Shown here one piece after another: positions 53,096-64,000 of a stretch of 64,000 bases of DNA. Source of the DNA: Octopus sinensis (taxonomy: Eukaryota); the NCBI RefSeq assembly GCF_006345805.1, contig NC_043000.1, forward strand, positions 62,001 through 126,000, read 5' to 3'. How positions within the stretch are numbered: position 1 is the first letter of the stretch; every line of letters starts with the position of its first letter. A program made the position numbers and the translations under genes. The notes below the pieces were generated by a model, which saw only the letters and a list, made by a program, of their open reading frames with translations, searched no databases and was not told the origin of the DNA.

Positions 53096-53643
53096 GCGTA
53101 TGATGTGGGTGATATATTCGGTGTGTGTGTGTGTGTATGTATGTATGTACGTACGTACGTGTGTATGTATAAGTGCCTATTTTTTTGTATGCGTGTATGT
53201 TGCTAGGCTGCCTGTTTTTCAAAGCACAGAGAAGGACCTCTGTGTATTTGTATTTATGAGTGAGAGGTATTTTTTTATTTTCTAAGTATAACTGTTTGTG
53301 AATATGATCGCCAGATGTCATTAAAGTTTTTTATGGCACTTTATAGATATATGAGTTTTTGGGTTTACTTGTATGAGCGCGCGTTTCTCGTATATGGAAA
53401 TGTGTGTGTGTTTATGTGTGCGTTTGTGTGTGCGCGTATGTGTGTGTGTGTGTGTGTGTGTGAGTAGAAAGGGTTGTGTGGGACGAATAATTATTGGAGG
53501 AATTCATGCCAGTGAAGTGACGAAAGTGTGACTTATTTTAAGAGACGCAATGAGGAATATCAATCTTGTTCATGTAATTTAGCACCAAGTCATTTCTGTC
53601 CAAGCTGATCTTCGATTAATGGAGTTCTAACTGTGAATATCCG

Positions 53644-53681
<38 letters not shown>

Positions 53682-53773
53682 TAAATAAATAAAACATATG
53701 CATATATACATACATATATGTACGTACCTACCTCTACATGTATATATACATGCATATATGGGTACATATATCA

Positions 53774-54300
53774 ATTAGAAATAAACCACGTTTTATCAAT
53801 TCAAAATGAAAAATTAAATTAATCATCTAGAAAAGTACATATAATAGAAATATTAAATATAAGATAAAAAATAATATACCGATGATTAAGTAATGTGCAA
53901 AATAAGATTATTTACGTATATAAATAAATTAATTAATGTATTAGTGTAGTTATTTTTAACCTGATGAGTGGCTATATTTATATTGAAGTGATTTTACTAC
54001 TACAACTATTTTTACTATAATCATTTCTTAAATACAGCCACGAAACACGTGTCATTATTTTACCAAATATATACGTTTTATTTATTATTTTGCACATTAC
54101 TTAATCATCGGTATATTATTTTTTTATCTTATATTTAATATTTCTATTATATGTAATTTTCTAGATGCTGTAATTTAATTTTTCATTTTGAATTGATAAA
54201 AGGTGGTTTTTTTCTAATATTATATTTTGTGAAATTTGATTTAGTATTTCTAAATTGAATTTTTCCCTGTAAGTTTGGAACAATATTCCCTCAATTTATA
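53774..54300 (+). mobile_element. Hammerhead element flanked by a ~132-bp inverted repeat (53774-53905 / 54085-54218)
   Basis: Arms are imperfect reverse complements with the hammerhead between them; ends ATTCCCTCAATT. Confidence 0.85.
53957..54057 (+). ncRNA. Type I hammerhead ribozyme with canonical core and long stem II
   Basis: CTGATGA-GTGGCT...AGCCAC-GAAA-CACGTG-TC^ (after 54053). Stem I is weak (C.A mismatch next to the core). Confidence 0.8.
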
Positions 54301-55184
54301 TATAATTTAAGACTACATTGTTGCTATTTGAGAGGTTATTTGGTTGTTATTTCTGTTCGGTCGTGCGACCGTTGGATTGTGTTTACGTACGAATATTTAT
54401 ACCTTTGAAGTTTGTATAATGCTGTGGTTCTTATTTATCGCTGGTGTCATTCTTGAACAGCATTCTAATGACCAATGGCGTTCCAAATGTGACCATCTTG
54501 CCTTTTATTCACACACAGTGTGTATAAAGGACTGCATTATGTCACATTTTCTAAATTTTTAAAAATACATTTAAGATGTGAAAGTTTTCAGCAACTAGCT
54601 ATTATGTCTAGTATACTGAGTGACAACTAAAAGCGATTAATTAATATTGCACAAAGAAGCCTTGTTCGTACGGAGTTTATTTCGAGGGAGGTGATAATTT
54701 GAAATATACTGTAAAGTATGTTTCCATAAACACCAGCTTTAGTCATGTTATAAGTAGTAAATACAGTCGGCAAAAAAAGTGGATGCAATCTAATTAGTTT
54801 CAAGCTTTATAGACTTTCATCAGAGAAAGAAATATTGATTTCTGTTCACGAAGAGATTCGTTACAGGCGCAGCTAAACAACTCCGCTTAATTTGCGTAAC
54901 AGAAGATGCGCTTGCAATGTTGATAATGAATTCGCAGGGAGGCCTAAATTGTATGTTTTTCAAATATGCTTTGCTGGACATTAAATTCAGAATCAATAAG
55001 CAGAGATTCTTTCATATGTTCATCCCCAGGTCGTCTTTTATTGAGTTGAAAGGCCTTATCAGTTTTTGTGGACTTGTATATTATGACTTTTTCTTCAGGC
55101 GTAATATACGAAAAACTAAATATTCTGTGATATTCTTTAGGCTTGTACAGTGTGCTATGAGGTTGATTTGGTTATAACTTCCAG

Positions 55185-55222
<38 letters not shown>

Positions 55223-55343
55223 CATACATATCTTGCATACAGACGCACATATCTATCACTCTCTCTCTTTCTTTCTCTTTTTTTCTGTCTCTCTCTCTCT
55301 CTGTCTCTGTACACACACACACACACATACACACACATATATA

Positions 55344-56090
55344 CAGAGGTTAGAGAAGATAATGGAAACACCTTACAATTTCAAACAAATTTATTTTAAT
55401 ATCGGGTAATGGAGGATATCGACTCCTTACTTGTTTTTTTCTAAAATGCACCATAAATATTCACTAATGTTGAAATTTGGGGACCGTGTTGACCAGATAA
55501 GCGTTCAACTTCACTAGAATCTTCCTCGTGCCATTCAGTAACAACTTTAGCTGTGTGAATTGGTGCATTATCATCCTGAAAGAATGCGTTTCCCTCTGGA
55601 AACAGCTCCGCAACCATAGGATGAATTTGATTAGATAAAATGCTTAGTCTTGACAGCGGATTTCCATGATATAGCCCCACCACCAGATCTTTATCAATTG
55701 GAAGAGGGAAGTCTGGATCAAATGCTTCTTATGGCTGTCTCTACACGTATACTCGGCCGGTGGCCGGAAATAAGGTAAAGGATGACTCGTCTGAGAAAAT
55801 AGCATTATTCCACTGCTCTGTGGACCAATTCTGTAGGTTTTTACTCCACTCTAAACGCTTTGCAACTTTTGCTTTTGAAATTAGTGGTTTTCTGATTGTA
55901 GCTCTCCCTTTGTGCACCTTCCGGCGAACACTTTTTGTGGAAACTGTGTTCTCGAGATGGTCATTAAGCTCTGCAGTAATTTTAGGAGCTGTACTTTTGT
56001 GATCCTTTCTAATAATTCACGTAGGAGTCCGACAGTCCCTATCTGAAAGTTTTGGTTTTCTTCCGGAATTTTGTCCCTCTTTCTCAAACT
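55344..56090 (-). mobile_element. Tc1-like transposon fragment (one end plus a decayed transposase)
   Basis: FSDESSF, FFQDDNAPIHTAKVVTEW; TA|CAGAGG terminus. Confidence 0.8.
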
Positions 56091-56312
56091 TTACCTTTCT
56101 CTTCTCAACGGAAGTGTAAGACTGCGTAAGGGATCCATACTCTAAATATTCGGCTGAATCTCAAGACTTTAAGAAAACAATTTGTGAGGTATTATCTCAT
56201 CGTAAACTTAAAATATTTGCTGGTCTTTTTCTGGAAAAGTTCTGGATTTCTATAAAAGGAAAAAAATATCTTACTGTCCATTTGGAAACAATATGTATAG
56301 TTTTTACCATAT

Positions 56313-56537
56313 TTTACTTGTTTTAGTCATTAGACTGCAGCCATGCTGGGGCACAGCCTTGAAAAAGGTTTTAGGCGAATAAATCGACCCCAGTGCTTTT
56401 TATACCAGGTACTTATTCTGTCGGTGTCTCTTGCCGAACCGCTAAGATACTGGGACGTAAACACACCAACACTAGTTGTCAAGCGGTGGTAGGGACAAAC
56501 ACAGATACACAGATACACCACACACACTCACACAAGC

Positions 56538-56583
<46 letters not shown>

Positions 56584-56585
56584 TA

Positions 56586-56617
<32 letters not shown>

Positions 56618-56755
56618 CGATGGGCTTCTTTCAATTTCCGTCCATCAAATCCACTCACAAGGCTTTGGTCGGTCCAAAGCTATAATAGAAGACACTTGCC
56701 CAAGGTGACACGCAGTGGGACTGAACCCAGAACCATTTAACTGGGAAGCAAGTAT
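56313..56755 (-). mobile_element. SINE B
   Basis: Reverse match to consensus. Confidence 0.8.
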
Positions 56756-57431
56756 CCACACATACAGGTATTCAAGTATTTGTGTGTTAGGTTCAGGGCA
56801 AAGCTTTGTCATATTTTACAAATATCAAGAGGAAAGACAGAAATAGACAAACCCGATTTAAGTGTTTGTGTACCAAAAGAAAAGCATAGATTCTCAATAG
56901 AGAAGCAAATTTCATTATCTGAGCTGCTTTCAAAAATAACATTGCCTTGACCCGTATGACATGTTACCTTGATTTATCTCATACACTTCCAACATTATCA
57001 ACGAAAGATTAAGTTATTGTAGTAGTTATTATCTCTTCTGGTTCTGTTTATAAGCGTTACATAGGCTGTTGGGTTTTATGAGTATATTTTTGCACATACA
57101 GACTCACTCGATTGTTGTTGTTTTTTTTTTCTTGAGCTTAATTTTTTTTCATTCCTAGCATTTTGAAAAACTTGAGAAAAATTTATGTTTTGTTAAATAA
57201 GAAAATCTTTTTTTCTTATTTTAGTAATTTGACTGCGATCGTGCTGGAGCACCACCCTGAATGGTTTTAGTCGAATAAATCGACACCTGAGACTTTTTTT
57301 TATCGTTCTAGTCTTGTGCTAGAAAGAGCAGTAGAAGAGTTTTCTACTGCTCTTTCTAGTACTAGGCTTTCCTATTTGGAAGCCTCTTAATGTGTTCTAA
57401 TGGACAAGATATTTCTATGTGAATAATATAT

Positions 57432-57850
57432 AGGCGCAGGAGTGGCTGTGTGGTAAGTAGCCTGTCTACCAACCACATGGTTCCGGGTTCAGTCCCACTG
57501 CGTGGCACCTTGGGCAAGTGTCTTCTACTATAGCCTCGGGCCAACCAAAGCCTTGTGAGTGGATTTGGTAGACGGAAACTGAAAGAAGTCCGTCGTATAT
57601 ATGTATATATATATATGTATGCGTGTGTGTGTTTGTGTGTCTGTGTTTGTCCCCATAGCATTGCTTGACAACCGATGCTGGTGTGTTTGTGTCCCCGTCA
57701 CTTAGCGGTTCGGCAAAAGAGACCGATAGAATAAGTACTGGGCTTACAATAGAATAAGTTCCGGGGTCGAGTTGCTCGATTAAAGGCGGTGCTCCAGCAT
57801 GGCCGCAGTCAAATGACTGAAACAAGTAAAAGAGTAAAAGAGTAAAGAGA
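57432..57850 (+). mobile_element. SINE B, full length, inserted in the first direct repeat
   Basis: The empty site is visible in the second repeat (AATATATA|GTCTATT). Confidence 0.9.
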
Positions 57851-58091
57851 GTCTATTGACTTTGTTTTTTGTGCTAGGCCACTGGTAATAATAATTTCTA
57901 TAATTTTTATTACCCTAATATTATTTATTATGTTTAAATAATTTTTGATAGATTTGTTCGAAAATTTTTACCGGCATCCTCTCTGTCGCCGGAAATATAC
58001 TGCATCAACGCGGTTGTTTTGAAAAATTAGAATATACAGGCAACCGGTTTACACGCGAATCTAGTTGTGTGTATATTTGAAATCTAAAGGC

Positions 58092-58163
58092 TTCCTACTG
58101 ACGAAACTAGCCTCAGTAAATATTTTTTTTTACTGGAATGAGTTAGAAACCATGGTCTAGGAA
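58092..58163 (+). ncRNA. Type I hammerhead ribozyme
   Basis: Stem I TTCCTA/TAGGAA; CTGACGA; stem II AACT..CAGTAAA/TTTACTG..AGTT(A); GAAA-CCATGG-TC^ after 58157. Confidence 0.85.
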
Positions 58164-58414
58164 CTAAATTAGATGGTAAACGTGTTTAATTTTCAATCCT
58201 TTCGAGAATTTATCCATAATTAGTGGTTTGAGTTTCCTACTGCTCTTTCTAGCACAAGGCTTTCCTATTTGAAAGCCTCTTAATGTGTTCTAATGGACAA
58301 GATATTTCTATGTGAATAATATATAGTCTATTAACTATTTTTTTTTGTTCTAGACCACTGGTAATAATAATTTCTATAATTTTTATTACCCTAATATTAT
58401 TTATATATATGTAG

Positions 58415-58467
<53 letters not shown>

Positions 58468-58481
58468 CATATACATATATA

Positions 58482-58638
58482 CATTTTTTTCTCTCCTTGT
58501 TTTTTCTGTGAACCTTTCTGTAGAAGAGCGTAGGCTCGAAACGTAAAATACTTTTTATTCTGAGCGTTATACTAATACATCTGTTGTTGTACACCACCTG
58601 TCTTCGTCTTTTGTTTTTTTTTTCCTAAACTTTCCCTA
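58482..58638 (+). mobile_element. Dispersed 'CUGU' hammerhead-like element between (TA)n tracts
   Basis: TTT-CTGTAGA-A-GAGC gtag GCTC-GAAA-CG-TA^-AAA at 58515-58548. Confidence 0.75.
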
Positions 58639-58651
58639 TATATATATATAT

Positions 58652-58714
<63 letters not shown>

Positions 58715-58735
58715 TGTATATATATAAATTATATA

Positions 58736-58853
<118 letters not shown>

Positions 58854-58869
58854 TATATCATGTTCCTGG

Positions 58870-59110
58870 GTTCTATTTTCCTGTTTGTATTACCAAATTT
58901 CTACTTCCTTGTCGGTCTCTTTATAATAAAGTTCCTTGCACTTGGAATTTTGTAGATCTTCCTCGTTTTATCTTCCAGGTGTTGTGATTATCAGTGGTGT
59001 AGGCAGTACGTTGTTTTTTATTTTTAATTCCCTTTTATTGTAGACAAGAATAATAGGTGTTACATTATAATAAAGATATTGTTATAATCGAAATCTGAAA
59101 TATTGATCGT
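58870..59110 (-). pseudogene. Possible highly decayed Penelope-type reverse transcriptase fragment
   Basis: Ordered remnants R-YNNIFII, ELKIKNNVLP and LYYKETD resemble RYVDDIFII, E.E.NN.LPFLD and VYRKPT. Confidence 0.3.
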
Positions 59111-59609
59111 TAACAGGTTTCTTTCAACATGATAGAGGAAGCTTGTTAACGGTCCTACTTTGCTTTAGGAGTTCTGTGGCCACCCAATTGTATCTATCTA
59201 TCTATCTGTCTGTCCACCTGTATACACATGCATACATATATACATACATACATACATGCATAATACATACATATACATAGGTACATGCATGCATATGTGT
59301 GTGTGCTATGCATATATATATATATAGATGATAATAATAATAATAATAATAATAAATAATAATAATAATAATAATGATAATAATAATAATAATAAAAAGA
59401 AAGAAGAAGAAGACAAGAAGAAGAACAAGAAGAAGAACAAGAAGAAGAAAACAAGAACAACAGAAACAAACAACAAGAATAAAAGAAAAAATAACGAATA
59501 AGAAAAACAGAAAAAATAACAACAACATACAACTAATAATAAGAAATAAAAATAATAATAATAATAATAATAATGAAAATAATAATGATAAAAATATCAA
59601 AAATAACTA

Positions 59610-59900
59610 GCAGATGACAACGTTTCTCTAAAAGAAATGAAAGAGAAACTTCAAAATACACAACACCTGGACAATGGTAGAAGTGAAAGCACATGGTACT
59701 CAATGAATAATAATAAAAAAAAAAAATAATTCCTATCATAGTAGGTGCAGTAGAGGATGATTAAAAAATATTGAATAAATAAAAAAAATACAGATAGACA
59801 AATAAATACCACACACTACACCAGAAACACCATCTAAGCAACATTGCACACATGCCTACACGCATGCATTGACAATATCCTACGCAGACATCACTATTCA
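59610..59900 (+). mobile_element. Very decayed RLE-LINE 3' remnant
   Basis: EKLQ..., IPIIVGA motif. Confidence 0.35.
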
Positions 59901-60011
59901 ACTAAAACACAGCTCAAAACACAAACCCACAGCCACATACTACCTGAAGCTAGCCCATGAAGCAAGCTCTCATAAAAATGAAAACACATGAATAAAATAT
60001 AATAAATAATT

Positions 60012-60043
<32 letters not shown>

Positions 60044-60713
60044 TAATAATAGGACTGAGTATCTGGAGGTGATTCCAAGCCTATTATGCACCCTCATATA
60101 TACCTGTCTAAAATATAATGATAAAATACGCAACAATACGTGAGACAACACCACTTTAGTCCGTTAGAAATTGAGGCAACATAAACCATGAGCGTATGAT
60201 ATCCTACGGATATTAGATATTATCATTAGATAAGATAAGCCGTGGAAACCAAAGCCTAAAAAAGTTATGGGATGGTTACTTCAGGAATGCTTTTGATCAA
60301 TGGCCCGTTCGATATGGGTTAATTCGCAGCTAAGGGTGGCAGAGCAAAGACAAATGAAAATTGAAGTATATCGTGAGCACAGACAATATCTGCCAAAATT
60401 TAATCACTTTTATAGAAATAATAACATGGTTCCTAGAAATTTCTGTTTCACTTTCTCCTTCTCTTCCTCCCCTCTTTCTCTCTCTAACACACACGGACTC
60501 AAAACACATTGGGAGGTATATTTTATATCACTATCTATCTGTCGATCTGTCTGTCTGTCTAATAATATATATATGTGTGTATATATAATATATAGTATAT
60601 ATGAGATATATAAATAATAAATGTGTGTATAATAGTTATACTATATATACATTTATATATATATATATATAGATATAATATTTACTATATAACATGTATA
60701 TCATATATCTACG

Positions 60714-61026
60714 TGGAGGTGCAATGGCCCAGTGGTTAGGGCAGCAGACTCGCGGTCGGAGGATCGCGGTTTCGATTCCCAGACCGGGCGTTGTGTGTGT
60801 TTATTGAGCGAAAACACCAAAAAGCTCCACGAGGCTCCAGCAGGGGGTGGTGGTGACCCCTGTTGTACTCTTTTGCCACAACCTTCTCTCACTCTTTCTT
60901 CCTGTTTCTTGAGTAACGCTGCGATGGACTGGCGTCCCGTCCAGCTGGGAGGAACACATACGCCACAGAAACCAGGAAACCGGCCCCATGAGCCTGGCTA
61001 GGTTTGAAAAGGGTGACGTTTTTTTT
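60714..61026 (+). mobile_element. tRNA-Arg-like SINE with 16-bp TSD
   Basis: ATCATATATCTACGTG at 60700-60715 and 61028-61043; A box TGGCCCAGTGG, B box GTTTCGATTCC. Confidence 0.9.
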
Positions 61027-61104
61027 TATCATATATCTACGTGTGTATGAATGATGACTATAAATATATACCTATCCACTACACACATACACGCACACAC
61101 ATTA

Positions 61105-61442
61105 TCGTGAACAGCTTACTCGTGAAGTTAACGTGTAAATGGCTGAGCACTCCACAGACACGTGTACCCTTCACGTAATTCTCGGGGAGATTCAGCGTGA
61201 CACAGAGTGTGACAAGGCTGGCCCTTTGAAAAACAGGCACAACAGAAACAGGATGAAAGAGTGGGAGAAAGTTATGGTGAAAGGGTTCAGCATGTTTCGC
61301 CTCCCCCACCGCACGTCGGGGCCTCGTGAATCTTCAGGTGTTTTTCGCTCAATAAACATTCACAACGCCCGGTCTGGGAATCGAAACCGCGATCTTTTGA
61401 CCGCGAGTCCGCAGCCCTAACCACTGGGCCATTGCGCCCCCA
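61105..61442 (-). mobile_element. tRNA-Arg-like SINE with an alternative tail
   Basis: Head as at 60714; tail as at 10175-10265. Confidence 0.8.
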
Positions 61443-61565
61443 CACATATATATATATGTGTGATATTAAAATATTCTAATATTATATATACATGCATATA
61501 GTATATACATATACATATATATTTACATATATATGCGAGTGTATTTGTATGTGTGTGTGAGTGTG

Positions 61566-61636
<71 letters not shown>

Positions 61637-62012
61637 GCATAAAGAGCAAAAAGCCATAACAGAATTTAACCACCAACGATGAGTATATATTTCAATATGC
61701 GACGAATTCTGAAGCTTGATACTATTTACTATCTAAACAGCCTGTGTTATTTTGGGAGTTGCTCCGAGAGAGATCTCTCAACCAATACATATATTAAGAC
61801 AATGGTGGTCTTATATCAGCGTTTAGCATCTCTTCGCATACATTGACATCCATCACGAATGAAAAATTCAATATAAGCGAACCATTTAGACGCGAAGTGT
61901 TGCTTTCTGTAAGGAGCTTGATGAGTCTTAACGTCATAGTGTCCTATACACACCGGATTACTTAGACATACGCAAACACACTCACACACATATATGTATT
62001 AATATATATATA

Positions 62013-62051
<39 letters not shown>

Positions 62052-62231
62052 TTAGTTATATGTTTAGATGTACTACGTTTGTGTATGCGTGAATATATAC
62101 AATGGTACACGCCACACGGATGAATCTATGGTGAATATCTATCTATCTATCTATCTCTCTATCTATCTATCATCTATCTATCTATTATCTATCTATTATC
62201 TATCTATCTATTATCTATCTATATCTATCGA

Positions 62232-62280
<49 letters not shown>

Positions 62281-62283
62281 CTC

Positions 62284-62352
<69 letters not shown>

Positions 62353-62408
62353 TTGCCTGTTTGTCTGTCTATCTGCCCCTCTCTCTTTCTATATATGTGT
62401 GTGTGTAT

Positions 62409-62451
<43 letters not shown>

Positions 62452-62553
62452 TGTGTGTGTGTATGCGTGTGTGTTAGTCCATATGTGGGGTGGTTCATGA
62501 ATTTTTTCCGCGGGATTCCAAGTTTGAATTCATTAAGTGGTATTTTGGGTGTG

Positions 62554-62589
<36 letters not shown>

Positions 62590-62699
62590 GATATATTATA
62601 TATATATATATTATATATATACATATATAATACATACATATATATACATTCATACATAAATACATACATACATACACACACACACACATATATATGAAT

Positions 62700-63065
62700 T
62701 GCTGTGTGGAAGAAGCTTCCTTCCTAACCCATGCTTCCGGGTTCACTGTGGGCGAGTGTCTTTTACTATTGCCTCGGGCCGTCCAAAGCCTTGTGAACAG
62801 ATTTAGTAGACAGGAACTGAAAGAATCCCGTCGTATATATTAATGTATGTATTTGTGTGTCTGTTTATCGCCCCACCATAGCGTGACAACCAATGTTGGT
62901 GCGTTTACGTCCCAGTGATCTAGCGGTTCGGCAAGAGAGACCGATAGAATGAGTATTAGTCTTACAAAAAATAAATCCTGGAGTCGCTCGTTTGACTAAA
63001 GGCAATGTTCCAACATGGCCGCAGTCAAATGACTGAAACAAGAAATAAAATAAAAGAATAAAAGA
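62700..63065 (+). mobile_element. SINE B, diverged
   Basis: Match to consensus. Confidence 0.75.
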
Positions 63066-63115
63066 ACATATATACATACATATATATATATATACATACA
63101 TATATATATATATAT

Positions 63116-63323
63116 AATCGGTGGACGCACGCAGTTGACGAGTGGTACCCGCGTGAGCGAAAAGACCACCGGAAGACCCTCCACGACGGTGGAGTGGACG
63201 ATTTCAAGAGGACGATTGGGATCACGTGGATGAGAAAGGCGCGATCCAGAGAGCAGTGGACAGCGTGCTGTGACCAGCGGTGTCAAATGAACGCCTGACG
63301 GACTGGTCGGTCAAAGTGATCAA

Positions 63324-63328
<5 letters not shown>
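63116..63328 (+). mobile_element. RTE-clade LINE extreme 3' end inserted in (TA)n
   Basis: NRWTHAVDEWYPRERKRPPGRP..RW; tail (AAGTGAT)2. Confidence 0.8.
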
Positions 63329-63369
<41 letters not shown>

Positions 63370-63384
63370 ATATCATATAATTAA

Positions 63385-63860
63385 TAATAAATTTTAGGGT
63401 AGCAAAAAATTCTAGAAAAATTCTCCGCTACCAGCGGGTCACGTGACAAAGAAAAAAAAAGTCAATAGACTATTAATATACATCAAACAATAAGGGATGG
63501 CTATAATAGGACATCTGACTCACTAGAAAGAGCAGCTAAACTCCAAACCATTAATAGTTGTAATTCTGAAATGGAAAGAGAAATAAAAATGTTTACCCTC
63601 TCGTTTCTGGACTATGCATAGTTTCGGCAATCTTTCGTAAATAAATAAAATAAAATAAAATTTATTTAACAGTGGCGTTGCACTCATTAGCAGAAAAGCC
63701 AAGGACTACCATATATTCACAAGGCGATAACGAGCATGCCTCGAGTCTATATGCTATAGACTTTCAAAATCAACCGCATTTGCGCGGTTCTCTCAGCAGT
63801 AAATATAAACTGCCGATTTAATTTCAAAATTAGTCAAAAAAATCATTAATTAATAGATTT
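63385..63860 (-). mobile_element. Diverged monomer of the ~475-bp hammerhead element family
   Basis: Shares GCGGTTG.TTTGAAA, CTGCTCTTTCTAG, GTCTATTGACTTT and TACCCTAA with 57850-58403. Confidence 0.75.
63604..63696 (-). ncRNA. Type I hammerhead ribozyme with G5A substitution (probably inactive)
   Basis: - strand: TTTCTG-CTAATGA-GTGCAA...TTGCC-GAAA-CTATGCATAG-TC^-CAGAAA. Confidence 0.75.
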
Positions 63861-64000
63861 TCAGAATTAATTTACGCAATTCATGTTGAGATCGTTCTGT
63901 ATCATCTGTTTCGTTATCGTATTCTTTATCTTATTATCTATTCATAATAGCTTATGATCATCGTGTATTACTATCCTTTACGTCTATCTATAGTCATAAT

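Larger units (their letters stand above)
57315..58403 (+). mobile_element. Partial-tandem hammerhead element (~475-bp monomer, ~175-bp terminal direct repeats, 5' inverted copy), interrupted by a SINE B
   Basis: Direct repeats at 57337-57927 (minus the SINE) and 58230-58403; hairpin GTGCTAGAAAGAGCAGTAGAA / TTCTACTGCTCTTTCTAGTAC at 57316-57362. Confidence 0.85.

Noticed and set aside
60714-60790. tRNA gene
   Set aside because: The tRNA-like head continues into a SINE body with a TSD; not a standalone tRNA.

Overview
AT-rich, repeat-saturated eukaryotic DNA. The SINE repertoire and the density of (TA)n/(CA)n/(TATC)n/(CATA)n tracts suggest an Octopus-type cephalopod genome (inference). I found no host protein-coding exon I can support; almost all ORFs in the supplied track are microsatellite or SINE read-through. 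Recognisable content: a tRNA-Gly(TCC) gene, decayed Tc1-like and mariner transposons, RTE, Tx1/L1 and R4/Dong-type LINE fragments, probable non-autonomous Helitrons, and dozens of tRNA-derived SINEs from about four families. The main discovery is a set of non-coding elements built around type I hammerhead ribozymes with palindromic (dimer-type) stem III. They include a near-perfect 4.2 x 495-bp tandem array (23668-25759, one hammerhead per unit), a second ~475-bp family (57315-58403, 63385-63860), inverted-repeat copies (1-276, 53774-54300) and a dispersed family with a fixed CUGU core variant. Most end in a CCCT(A/T)A-like 3' signature next to (TA)n. This is the architecture of retrozyme or non-autonomous Penelope-like elements, and it predicts self-cleaving, possibly circular, RNAs. 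A second theme is a Tx1-tailed SINE variant that repeatedly inserts into the head of its own parent SINE.
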